Shown: positions 44,853 to 56,865 of the stretch, piece by piece | Layout: each line of letters opens with the position of its first letter | Numbering within the stretch: the stretch's first letter is position 1 | From: Candidatus Altimarinota bacterium | Lineage (GTDB): Bacteria > Patescibacteriota > Gracilibacteria > BD1-5 > UBA6164 | DNA: 64,000 nt | Direction: 5' to 3' | Assembly: GCA_027066455.1 (NCBI GenBank) | Contig: JAMONT010000083.1 | Span: forward strand, 4,052-68,051 | Notes under the pieces: generated by a model | The model's database searches: none | The model's input: the letters and a program-made list of their open reading frames with translations, nothing else | Told to the model about the DNA's origin: nothing | Made by a program: the position numbers and the translations under genes

Positions 44853-45569
44853 CTAATAAATAAAAATAGCTCCATCATCATCAGCTAAAAAAATTTTTCA
44901 TTTTTCATCAAAAACTATTCATTCCCAAGAAGCTCAAGATAATTTTTTTGTTTCTATAATTTTTTCATTTTCTAAATCATACTTAAATATACTATCATTT
45001 TTATCTGATAAAATATATAAATTATTTTCATAAAAAGTCATTCAACTCAAATCTTCATAATCCAAATCAAAAACTTTTTCTAATTTTAGATTTTTATTAT
45101 CTTTTTTTATTTTAAATTTTAATAAATTATTTTTTTTATTTTGAGTAGATATATAAAAATATTCTCCTGTGTAAGCTAATCATTCAGCACCAGATTTTTT
45201 ATTAAAATATTTCTTTCTATCTTTTTTATCTAAATCTAAAAGAAAATCTCATACAATTTCCAGATTAGAAGAATTTATTTTTATCAAATTTCAAGAATCT
45301 TCTAAAAGTAAATAAATTTTATTATTTTTTTCATCACAAACAATTCCTTCAAAATCATAATTTCAAATATTTTTTTCTTGTAATTTTTTTCACAACTTAT
45401 CTATTTCATAAACTTTTCATTCATCATTTGCAACAAAAAAACTATTAGTATTTTGCATATAACAAATTCAAGAAGCTTCAGAAATTTTTGCAATTTTTTT
45501 ATATTTATTTGTAACATTATTACAAGAATATAAAAAAAGTACAAATATTAAAAATATTATTTTTTTCAT
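44853..45569 (-). CDS. Lipoprotein, possibly a YjiK/SdiA-regulated-type beta-propeller
   Basis: Lipobox LFLYSC. Recurring ...EASGI..., ...FEGIV..., ...AEGLA..., ...WEGIVF... blade-like segments. 239 codons. Confidence 0.45.
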
Positions 45570-45579
45570 TAAGTTAATT

Positions 45580-46110
45580 TTATCAAAATAACTCTTCTAT
45601 CTCTAAATTTAAAATAGTATTTTCTATATATATACATTCAGATAATTCTAAGTATAATGTATGAAATATTTTTTTTAATTCTTCAAATGTTCATTCTTCA
45701 GAATTTCATTTTTTAATATTTCATACATTATTTGTACTTAATTCAAAAATAAGCTTTTTTAAAGAATACAAATAACTATCTATTTCACTATGCTCTGTTT
45801 TTTGTAAATCTAAAAATTCTTCTATAATTTTTTTGTCTACTTTTTCTTTTTTTTCTAGTTTTATTATTTCAGCATAAAATTTGTTTTCTTCTCTTAATAT
45901 ATGAGTAGAAAGTTCTGATTCAAATTGTTCAAAAAGTTCTTTTATCATTCAAAAGTTTTCAAGATGAAACTTTTCAGGAAAATGTTTTATTTTTTCTAGT
46001 TGAATTTTTATTTCAGGAAGAAGTTTTTTTAAAGGTTCATGATAGGTTTTTATAATAAATTTTATCATTTCCTGAATAGATAATTTAGAAAATTCTACAG
46101 TATTAATCAT
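45580..46110 (-). CDS. Hemerythrin-like (HHE cation-binding) protein
   Basis: ...IKFIIKTYHEPLKKLLPEI...ELSTHILREENKFYAEI...QKTEHSEID... In frame with track ORF 45721-45948. Confidence 0.45.
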
Positions 46111-46224
46111 TTTTTTTAATTATTATATAAATTTTTTAAACTTAAGTTTTATAATTTCTTCTAAAAAAAAGAAATTAATTCAAAATTAATTATAACTCAT
46201 TTAAACTAAAAAATCAATTTTTTA

Positions 46225-47523
46225 TTATTTATAAACAGGAAATTTTTCACATAAAATTAAAACTTCTTTTTTTAATTTTTTTAATTTTTCTAAAAATTCT
46301 TCATTTTCAAAAATTTTCATATCAGATTTATCTTCTATTTTAGTATTAGTTGTTTTATATTCTTTTAATGTATTTAAAGTTTCAAAAAATATTTTTGCAA
46401 TTTCTTTCATTTCAATTTCATTCATTCCTCTAGTTGTAGCTGCTGGAGTTCATATTCTTATTCAACTTGGATCAAGAGGTTTTCTAGGATCATAAGGTAT
46501 CATATTTTTATTTGTTGAAAGACCAACTAATTCTAAAGCTCTTTCTGCTTGCTTTCAAGTTATTCAAAAACTAGAAAAAACATCTACCAAAATTATATGA
46601 TTGTCAGTTCAATTTCAAATAATTTCAAATCAATAATTTATTAATTCAAAAGCTAAAATTTGTGCATTTTTTATTACTTGTTTAGCATAATTTTCAAATT
46701 CTGGTTTTAATGCTTCACCAAATGCAACAGCTTTTGCAGCAATTAAATGTTCATGTGGTCAGCCTTGAACTCAAGGAAAAACAGCTCTTGCTATTTGTTT
46801 TTCATATTTTCACTTTGACATAATCATAGCTCATCTTGGTCATCTGAGAGTTTTGTGAGTTGTTGTAGTTATTACATCACAATAGGGAACTGGATTTTCT
46901 AAAGCTTTTCCAGCAATAAGTCCAGCAATATGTGCTATATCAGCCATTAAAATTGCTCAAACTTTATCAGCTATTCTGCGAAATCTTTTCCAATCAAGAT
47001 TTTTTGAATAAGCTGAAAATCCTGCAATAATCATTTTTGGTTTTTCTCTAAGAGCTATTTCTTCAAGTTCATTCATATCTATTTTTCCTGTTTTTTTATC
47101 AATATTATATGGAATTATTTCATATAATAATCCTGAAAAGTTAAGAGGATGTCAATGTGATAAATGTCATCATTGGTCAAGACTCATTCCTAAAACTTTG
47201 TCTCAAGGTTTTAAAAAAGCCAAATAAACAGCTAAATTTGCTGGACTTCCTGAAAGTGGTTGAACATTTACATATTCTGCTCCAAATAATTCTTTTGCTC
47301 TTGAAATAGCCAAATTTTCTATTTTATCAATTATTTCATTTCAAGCATAATATCTTTTTCAAGGATAACCTTCACTATATTTATTTGTAAGTACACTTCC
47401 TGAAGCTTCCATAACGTCAGCTGAAGCATAATTTTCTGAAGCAATTAATTCTATTTCTTGTTCTTGTCTTTTTGTTTCTGCTCATATTAATTCAGCTAAA
47501 ATGGGATCATTGTTTTTTATCAT
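46225..47523 (-). CDS. glyA: Serine hydroxymethyltransferase
   Basis: ...[34 protein letters not shown]...[13 protein letters not shown]... 433 codons. The C-terminus equals track ORF 46225-46425. Confidence 0.93.
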
Positions 47524-47540
47524 AGTTTTTTTATTAAAAA

Positions 47541-48365
47541 TTAAATTTTATTTATTTTTACTTCTTTATTTAAAAAATCAATAATTAAATTTTTTAAATC
47601 TTTTTTAATTTTTGGCTGAATATATCAAATAACAGCTCAAAGTTTATTTTCTAATTTTTCTAAATCAAACAATCATTCTTTTGTAAAAAAATCTTTAGCA
47701 AAATATTTTTTAGGAATTTCATTTTGCTGCTTATATTCTATTGCTTTTACTCAAAATAATTCTAAATAAATCAAATTTGTCATTTCTCAATAAATACTGG
47801 AATATTCATTTTTCTTTTCCTCTTTCAAAGTTTTCATAAAATCTAATTCTCAAATAGATTTTGTAAATTCATTTCTAGTTTCTATACTTTTTCATTTTCT
47901 AAAAACAAGTCTTAAAAATTCATCTTTTATATCAAAAATAAATCTTCTATACAAATCTCAACTATCTCATTTTGTTAAAACAGCACAATATTCTCAAGCT
48001 CTTAAAGTTAAAATATAATCAATTTTTTTTACTGGCCTTTTTCCCACTTCTCATTTTTGGGAAGTGGTAGACTTGGCTTGTAATTCTATTTTTTCTATTT
48101 TTTCATAATCAATATTTTCTTTAAGTCTTGCAAGGTTTGAAACACTATTCCACCACTTTTCAAATGTTTGTAGTGTTCAACTTTTTGTTAAAGGATTTAA
48201 TAATCTCCATAATCACTTTGCTGAAATTCAAGTTCAAAATCATTCTTCATCTATATCTAAATTATTTAAATAACTAAATAATCAAGATAATTGTTTTACT
48301 TCTTCATCATTATATTTTTTTGTTACTTCAATTGCTTTCACAATCATTTGGTATCATTTTTTCAT
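47541..48365 (-). CDS. Hypothetical protein
   Basis: 275 codons, ATG 48365 to TAA 47541-47543 with TGA=Gly. Contains a diverged repeat element in frame (LQAKSTTSQKGEVGKRPV). Confidence 0.45.
48034..48080 (+). repeat. GC-rich palindromic element, diverged copy, in-frame
   Basis: ggcctttttcccacttctcatttttgggaagtggtagacttggcttg has the same pyrimidine-arm / loop / purine-arm layout. Confidence 0.45.
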
Positions 48366-48414
48366 AAATAAATTTTTTTATTAAAAAATATTAATTGCAT
48401 TATAACTAAAAAAT

Positions 48415-48448
48415 TAAAAAAATCTAGAAAAATTTCTAGATTTTTTTA
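48415..48448. terminator. Terminator-like hairpin (recurring module)
   Basis: aaaaaaATCTAGAAAaATTTCTAGATttttttt. The same hairpin core recurs at 3931-3948 and 4328-4347. Confidence 0.55.
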
Positions 48449-48524
48449 ATAATTTTAATATACTTATAAATATTAATTATTTTATTGAAAGGTGAAATAA
48501 GTATATTTTTTTAAAAAAATAATT

Positions 48525-48980
48525 ATGAAAATAATAGTAGAATATTTTGATTTAACAGGAAAAAAGTATATAGAAATATTTGATAGAATGAGATCAAATG
48601 CTTTTAGTTGTCCATAAACATGTAATTGAAATCCTTGATAAATATCTTTTTTGGATAACTTTTTGAGTTTTAATTCCTAGTTTTTTATATTATTATTCTG
48701 ATAATTTCAAATCAAAGTTGTTGATGAAGTAGGAGAAATTAGAAAAGATGAAGGGGGAAGAACACTTTAATAATAATATGTGATATAATTCCTGAATGTG
48801 ATACAAGATATGTGAATTTTGGCAAATGCTTTGAAATGAGTTGTTTGAGAATATTTAGAAAAAAAATGAATAGAAAATCCTGAAAATATTATTAGTAATG
48901 AAGCTTATAAAAAAGCAGAAGCAAAAAAATATATAAAAAAAATAGAAGTAGAAGAAGGAACTTTGGATTTGAGGTAGAAA
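48525..48980 (+). pseudogene. Decayed coding region (short ORF fragments in all three + frames)
   Basis: ATG 48525 opens a 30-codon ORF ending at TAA. Downstream fragments (VVDEVGEIRKDEGGRTL, CDIIPECDTRYVNFGKCFEMSC..., ...ENPENIISNEAYKKAEAKKYIKKIEVEEG) are interrupted by TAA/TAG even under code 25. Confidence 0.3.
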
Positions 48981-49028
48981 ATAATAGTAAAAATTTTAAC
49001 CATTTAAAAAATAGATATTTAATTATTT

Positions 49029-49814
49029 TTAAATATCTATTTTTTCAGCCTGTTTATAACCTAATTCAATAAATTCATCAACTTTATTAAAATGAATAAT
49101 ATCTAAATTTCAAAATTCAGGTCTTAAAAAAGATATGTTTTTTTCTGGAGTTTTCAAACTATTATCTTCATTAACTTTCATCATCAAAATAACAGACCTT
49201 TTTATTATTTCATAATTATTTTTGAAAAATCAAGTTTTGAAATTAATTCATAAAAATTTATTTTCTTTTATTATTTTTCAAGAATTTATTTTCAAAGCTG
49301 AAATGGCAATAATATTTTTTGGGGATAAAATTTCAATTGGTAAATTCATCATAATTCATCAATCTATATAAGATTCTCAATCAATTTCTTTTGGAACAAA
49401 AATTCAAGGTAAGCTGATACTTGCTCTTATAACATCAACTATTTTTCAAGTTGTAAAAATTTTTATTTGAGAAGTTTCTATATTTGTAGCAACTATTTTT
49501 AAAGGAATTTTACAATCTTCTATTTTTTTATCTCAAAATATTTCTGCTAATTTTTTTTCTATTTTTTTTCATTTTAAAAGTCCTGTTTTGAAATCAAAAT
49601 CAGCTAAACTAAAAAAATTTATAGATTTTGCAAAATTTTTTATTTCTTCTGAATTCATTCAAATTGCAAATAATGATGCAATTATTGCTCACATAGAAGT
49701 TCCTGAAATTTCAGTAATTTCTATATTTTTTTCTTCCAAATATTTTAAAATTCAAATATGAACTAATCATCTAGCAGCTCATCAACCAAGAACAAGACCA
49801 TATTTTTTTTGCAT
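49029..49814 (-). CDS. Patatin-like phospholipase
   Basis: GLVLGGGAARGLVHIGIL (oxyanion GGGxxG), GTSMGAI (GxSxG nucleophile) and YIDGGIMMN (DG catalytic Asp). 262 codons. Confidence 0.85.
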
Positions 49815-49867
49815 ATTTTTTTTAATTATTTTTTATATTTCCTTAAAAATTAAAACTAATTTTTTTC

Positions 49868-49902
49868 CCTCCTTACTAAGGAGAGGATTTTGGATTTTCA
49901 GA
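49868..49902 (+). repeat. GC-rich palindromic element, truncated copy forming the 3' end of a gene
   Basis: ccctccttactaaggagaggattttggattttcag. On the minus strand it encodes ...SENPKSSP followed by TAG, which lies in the hairpin loop. Confidence 0.5.
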
Positions 49903-50538
49903 AATTGTTTTACTAATTATTTTTTTAATTATTTTCTTTTTAATAATTTTTGGAGGATTTTTTTCTAAAGTTTCAAGTAAAACTTTTAAATAAATATATA
50001 AAACTTCTGTTCTTAATTGGTCAATACTTATATTACAAGTTTCTTTATCAACCAAATAAATATTTTTATTTTGCATATCTATTTTCCCACAATGCTCTAC
50101 TTTTGATAATAAAGTTTTGAATTCTCTCAATTTTTCTCACAAAATTTCTTCAGCATCATCTGGTAACTTTACTGTAAAATTTAATTCATCAACATCATTT
50201 TCATCATAAAAATCATAGTTTTCATCTTCAGAATCAAAAACTTCCAATTCTTCATCAGAAAAAAAATATCTATTATGAATTTCTTCTAATTTTACAATTT
50301 TTTTATTTATTTCCATTATTTCATCTATTTTTGCTGATTGTTCTAATTTTATTATTCTTCTATTTCTTATTTTTTCTAATTTTTCTTCATAAACTTTTAT
50401 AATTTTTGCAATAAATTTTTCTAATTCTGCTCATTTTTGTTTGAAATAATCAGCAAAAGATTTTTCTTTAAATTTGTCTAAATTACTAGAATCAAAAGTT
50501 TCTTTAAAAATATCTTTTATTTTTTTTACAATATCCAT
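49876..50538 (-). CDS. Hypothetical protein (acidic central region)
   Basis: Track ORF 49876-50130 extended upstream through TGA to ATG 50538. 221 codons. Confidence 0.5.
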
Positions 50539-50624
50539 TTTTTATTTTTATTAAATATATTTTTTTACATTTCTTTAGTTTTTTATATATTAACACATTT
50601 TTTTTTTAAAATCTAATTTTTTTT

Positions 50625-52508
50625 TTATTTTGTAAGTAAATTATAATATCACATAAATTTATAACCAACTTTTTCCATTTCTATTCAAACAACTTGAGCA
50701 TAAAAACAAGTTAAATTATTATCACAAATAGTCACAATTTCTACATCTTTTGGAATTTGTTTAATAGATTCTGCCCATTTATTTTTTGACAAATAAACCA
50801 AAGGAATATTAAAACTTCATTTTAAATGAGAATTATCAAAAACTTCTTTTTTTCTAACATCAATTAAATAAATTCAATTTTTGTATTTTTTTTCTAAAAT
50901 ATTTTTTGAAAATTTGTATTTATATCTAGGTTTTTTATAAACTTTAAAAACATCTTTTTCTCACTTATAGTTTCATTTTTCTTTTATCCATCAACTTACT
51001 CAATTTTCTAAAAATCTCACATCAAATCATTTTGTTTTCAAAAATTCAGCAACTTCTATTGATTTTGTTTTTTCCCAAGTATAAACAACTATAATTTTCT
51101 TTTTATCCAATTTATCATATCCACCATTTATTAAATCAGCAAATCTGATAAACACACTTCCATCAATATAACCAGCCTTTCTTTCTATATTTTCTCTTGC
51201 ATCTAAAAGTAAATATTTTTTATTTTTTGTTTTTAAAATATTTTTTAATTCTATATTTTTAATTGATTTTATATTTATTTTTTTATTTATTTTTTTATTT
51301 TCTTCTTTTTTTTCTAAAGGAGTAATTTTTATAGTTTTACTTGTTTTTATCTTAAATTTTCAATTTTTTAATTTAATTAATTCTTTCAAAACTAAATAAT
51401 TTTTTAGTCAATTTTTATCATAAATTTCTAAATCAATAAAATAATTATTTTTAGTATTTTTCTTTAAGTAAACTTTATTTACAACTATTTTTTTTACATC
51501 TTTATACCAATTTTTATACTTTTCAAAACTAGTTTTTTTAGCTGAATTTTCATAAGCTTTTTTTAATTCTTTTTTTACTATACTATTATAATGATTTCTA
51601 AAAAATTTTTCCTCACTACTTTGCTTTACAGCCCCTTTTTCCACACCCAGGAGAGAGGATTCAGGAGAGAGGGTTTTTTTGGTTTCTGCTTTTTTTCACT
51701 TCACCAAAATTATTTTTCTTTTACTTTTTGCAAGCTCTTTTTTATAATTTTCTAGTTCTTTTTTATAATCTTGTTTTTCTTTTTTAGATAATGATTTTTC
51801 ATTTTCTATTCAAAAAAAATCATCTTCTTCATCTTCAATATTAATAGAAAAAATATCTGTTTTAGTATTTGTTTTAGCTTTTTCTAATTCTAATTCTCTT
51901 AATCTTTTTCTATTTTTTAATTTTTGAGAAATACTATATTCTTCAACTAAATTTTCAGAAAAATCTCAAGAATTTACTTTATTAATGCTTTTATCAATAT
52001 TAATTAAATCTTGTTGTAATCTTTTTATATTTGTTTGAATTTCATTACTTTTCAAAATATTTTCATTTGTACTAAAAGTGTCTTTTTCTATTTTTTTAGA
52101 ATTTTCTATTTTTTCTTCAAGTAATTTAAATTTAGAAGTTTGTTTTTCTAATTCTATTTGTAAAAGTTTTCTTCTAGCTTTTTCACTATTAAACTTTATT
52201 TTTATTGAAGTTGTTCACTTTTTTTCTTCATTTTTCAAATTTAATATTTGATTTTTTTGAAAATTTAAATCAAGTAAAAATGAAAATCATAATGAAATCA
52301 AAATAATAACAGAAAAGAAAAAGTTTTTTTTATTTCTTTCTATATATTTTGTTTTTGTATAAAAGTGAAAAGTAATTCATATAAAAAAAGTCAAAGCAAT
52401 AAAATATAACCAAAAATTTGATTTTGGTTCAAAATTATTTATATTTTCTGCATTAGAAAAGGAAATAAATAAAAAGAATATTAAAAATATTTTTATTAAT
52501 TTAATCAT
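50625..52508 (-). CDS. Membrane-anchored coiled-coil protein with two C-terminal rhodanese-like domains
   Basis: 628 codons. Start, stop and track ORF 51408-51644 share one frame. ...LLLDARENIERKAGYIDGSVFI... and ...YLIDVRKKEVFDNSHLKGSFNIP...ICDNNLTCFYA... are rhodanese signatures. Confidence 0.6.
51629..51674 (+). repeat. GC-rich palindromic element, consensus-like copy inside the rhodanese-protein gene
   Basis: acagcccctttttccacacccaggagagaggattcaggagagaggg. The track ORF start (MEKGAV...) lies inside it. Confidence 0.8.
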
Positions 52509-52644
52509 TTTTTATGATTATAAATTATTTTTTTATCATTATATTGTTTTTAAGAAAAATTTCAATTTTTTGTTTATAGTTTTTTTGCTTTAAAAATAAT
52601 AATATGATATTATTATAATAATTTAAATAATAATTTAATTTTTT

Positions 52645-55600
52645 ATGACTAAAAAGAAATTTAAACAAGCTTTCACATTAATAGAATTAATTGTAGTTAT
52701 TGTAATTTTAGCTATTTTATGAACTATTGCTTATATTTATATGAGTAATTATAGTACTGACTCAAGAGATACAGTTAGAATTACTGATTTAAAAAACATT
52801 CAAAAAACACTAGATATTTATTTTGCTAAAGAATCACAATATCCAGAACCAAGTGATACAATTAATATCACTTATAGTTGAGCAACTGTATGGCTTCAAT
52901 GAGTTTTTTGAAATAAAACAAGAAAAGATTTATGAATTATATCAACAATTCCTTTAGATCCTATAACTAGAAATCCTTATTCATACTCAATAACAAATCA
53001 AAAAATGGAGTATCAGCTGTGAGCTGCATTAGAGTGAGATAATCCAGCAAAATCAGATTTAGAATGAATGCTAATAAATAAAGTTTATGCTTCACAAGAA
53101 ACATTAAATACATATATTATTTGAAATTATAATTGAAAAATAGTAAAATTCTCAACTTGATGATTAGACTATATTATCACAACACCAACAATTATAGCCT
53201 CTGATTTATCTAATACTGATATTTTAGATGTTATTGAAAATAAAAAATTATCTTTTAATACTTTTTCAAATCTACCAAATTCATATTCTTGAGTAATATT
53301 AGATAATAATAATTTTGATTTTAGTTGATGAGATAATATTGTTTTTAAATGAAGCTTTGAAAAATTATATTCAAGCAAAAATGAAAAAATGAAATTATAT
53401 GAAAAAATTGCAAAAAGATACAATTTTTCTTTTTTAGAATGAAAATGAAAATATAAAATTTTTTCTGATACTTATTCTGATTCTTTAAATCCTACTACAC
53501 AATATATTGACCATACTTGTCTAATAATATGAGATTTGATAAAAGATAATAATAATAGAAAATGTTTAGAAAACAAAGATGATATATTAAAATGAGAAGC
53601 TTATACTTGAGTGTTACTTCCAAACTGAGAAACAAATTATGTATGACAATGGCCTCTTTGAGATGTTTATAATTATTGACAATGAATTCAAACTGCTAAT
53701 CATGATAGATCTAATTTATGATTAAAATGATGATTAAATAAAACAATTTGAGTAAAATGGAAATTATTTACAAAAAACAAAAATGCAACAAATTATTTTT
53801 GATGAGAAGATATTAATTGAGACTCTAAAGAAAATATGCTTTATTGATTTTGATGAAAACTTATTTTATGAGATACTACTAATTGAAAAATAGTATGGCA
53901 AACTAAAGTTTTATGAATAAAAAAAGTTTTATGAATAGAAGATATAATGTGAGATTGAAGTAAATCTATAATAGTAGCTTTATGAGAAGATTGGTGGATA
54001 TGAGTTATTAATTGAAAAACTTGAGAATTAGATTGGATATCAAATAAAGTTTCTTGAACTGAAAAAAAAGTAAAAGTATGATGGCCATGACTTAATTATA
54101 AAACATTTGATATAAACTGAGATTGAATTAAAGAATATCATTTTAAACAATGGTACAAAAAATATCATTCAATGAAATTTTTTAAATCTTGAAATAAAGT
54201 AATATGAGAAACATTATGGTCTTCAGAATGATTTTGAAATTATAATGAAAATGTAACTGATTGATATCAACCTTATGTTTGGTCAATGTGAAAAATAAAT
54301 AATAAGTTAGTAATTTGAGCTAAATGAGCAAATCAATTTAGTTTTTATTCAAATGATGTAGATTCTAGCTTACCTCTACCAAATAAATTTAAAATGCCAG
54401 CATTTGCTAAATTAAATAATTGATGAAATACTTATAATTGACGGAGTAGAAGTATATGATATTTTTATGATATAAATTGAGATTGAAATGATGAATATAT
54501 AGCAAGAATTGATAAAGAATTAAATAATAATAAAAAATCAAGAATAATTGTCTCTTGACTTGATCCTTTAGATTCTAAAATGAAACAATTTATGTCTCTT
54601 TCTTCTTTTAATAATTCAGCTATAAACTATCATAAACCAATAGTTTTAAAAAATAATTCTAGCCCTGAAAATTCATACATTTTGACCTACTGAGAAGACC
54701 CTGTAACAAAAGCTAATAAATGGATGTTATTAAAGTACAATTGACAAAATAGTTTTAGTTATAAAAAAGATTCAGCTGAAAATGAATCATTTAATTATAA
54801 AATAGAATATGATAAATTTGACTCTAATTATAGTCCTGTTTGAATTTATAATAATTGAACTAAAGATTATATAGTTTTAAGAAAATGAACTTATTATTAC
54901 TTTTATACTTTTAATTGAGTTGATACATTCAAAGCCCCATTAACTGAAAGTTCTTTAAAAATTTCTTGAAGTTTTTTTGGAAACACTCTTTTTGATAATG
55001 GTTATGATGAAAATAGAGAAAAAGGGAAAGATTCTTGAATATTTTTAGCTTCTTATGATACAAATTGAAATTGAAAAAAAGAATTTGTAGTTTCAGAATG
55101 ATGATGATTTAAACTATATGAAGTAGAAGACTCTTGAACAACTTTAATAAAAACTTTTAATTGATATGGTAGTGTCCCTAGTAGACAAAAATATTGATTA
55201 ACTAAGGATAATAAGGATATGTATATTATTTCTTATAATTCCTCAAAAAATACTGTAAATTATTATAGAACAGATTTTGATAATTGAATTACTAATTTTA
55301 TTAAAAAAACAAATGATACACTTTATTCTTGAGGTGAAACTAATGATATGATTATTTCAAAATTATGACAAGGAAATAATAAATATAATAGATTAATGAT
55401 AAAATCTACTTGAATGTTTGATGCCAGAAATGCAACTCCTATTAATTCCCCAACAAAAATATCAAATGAATTTTTTTATTCATATGATATGAATAGAGAT
55501 GGAGAAAATGAAATTTTTCAAAACTGAAAAGCTTATACTTATAATTGACCTTGAAATTATACATTAAAATATAACTGAGAATGATGGCAATGAGATATAG

Positions 55601-56856
55601 ATTGAGACTGAATTTTAGATAATAGTTGGTCTTATTGTTCTGCTAGTGCAAATTTTTCTAGAAATTTATTTTACACAATAAGAAGTTGAAAAGATAATAG
55701 TGAAATAATTCCTAAATTAGATTGGGGAAATTGAAATTGATGGTGTGCATGATGAGATAAATATTCAGCTGTTTCAGAAGACTTTGATTCTGATTGAAAA
55801 GATGATTTTGTAATTTGAACTCAAGCAAGAGCACATAGAATATTATCTTTAAGTTGAAGTATAGCAAGTTGATTTTCAATAAATGAATGAAATCAAGCTA
55901 TTAGAAATGCTAGTAAACTTTTATCAGCCTTTGATTTTGATTGAGATTGAAAAAAAGAAATTTTAAGAGGTTATGATGATGATTTAAAAATATGGAAAAT
56001 TGATGAAAATGATAAAACAAAGCTAAATTTATTATTTGAAATAACTACAAAACAAATTAAAAAAACTCATCGGCAAGATATATGAATTCCTTCTTTATAT
56101 AAAGATGAAGACACTTGAAAAGTATATATTGCTATTAGATGAATAGATTGAGAAATTGCTTTGTATACTTGGGAAAAAGATGAATGATTAAAATATTTAT
56201 GGAAAAATTATTATATATATGCAAAAAAATATAGTTCTGATATATCTGCATTAAACAATAATTTAATTCCTATAGCAACAGCTGATGTTTTATTATGAGA
56301 TTTTATGAATGAATGAAAACCACAAGTATTGGTATGATCATGAGATTGATATGTTTATTTAATATGAATCAATTGAGATATTAAAAGATGATTTTATATA
56401 TGAAGTTCTATAAAAAGAATGATAATATGAGATACAAATGAAGATTTGTTATTAGATATTTTAGTTTGAGCTGAAGATTGATATGTTTATCAAATTTCTA
56501 GTTCTAGACTTGATCCTCCTGCATTAGTTAAAGATTGATTAAGTTGAGATTATAACAAACAAACAGAAGAACAAAAAAGTGCAGTTAATTTTAAAAAGGT
56601 AAAAGAAGCAAATTGATATTATGTGCAATTGTATAATTATACTAAAAAACAAGCTGTATTTGATTTTGTAAATATTTGAAATAAAACAAGTACTTGTGTT
56701 GTATCAAATAATTATTCTTGAAATATTTGAAATTGTATAAAAGTTAACAAAAATTTTAGTTTAGAAAAAAATGTTATATATGTTTGGAGAGTTCAAGCAT
56801 ATAACAATGAAATGTCTTCTCCTGAAGCTATTTCTGATTGATTTTATATTGAATAA
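52645..56856 (+). CDS. Giant pilin-headed protein: prepilin-type N-terminal methylation/cleavage motif fused to FG-GAP-like repeats
   Basis: 1404 codons. MTKKKFKQAFTLIELIVVIVILAIL... Repeated DINGDG, DTNGNGKKE, DIDGDGILD, DFDSDGKDD and DFDGDGKKE calcium-loop motifs. Well over 100 TGA-Gly codons, so the track has no + strand ORF anywhere in this 4.2 kb. Confidence 0.75.
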
Positions 56857-56865
56857 AAAAATATT

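Noticed and set aside
49029-52508. Patatin-like phospholipase plus two downstream genes as a CBASS-like defence module
   Set aside because: No cyclase/nucleotidyltransferase or other sensor gene is adjacent. The neighbours are an acidic hypothetical protein and a rhodanese-domain membrane protein, so there is no support for a defence call.
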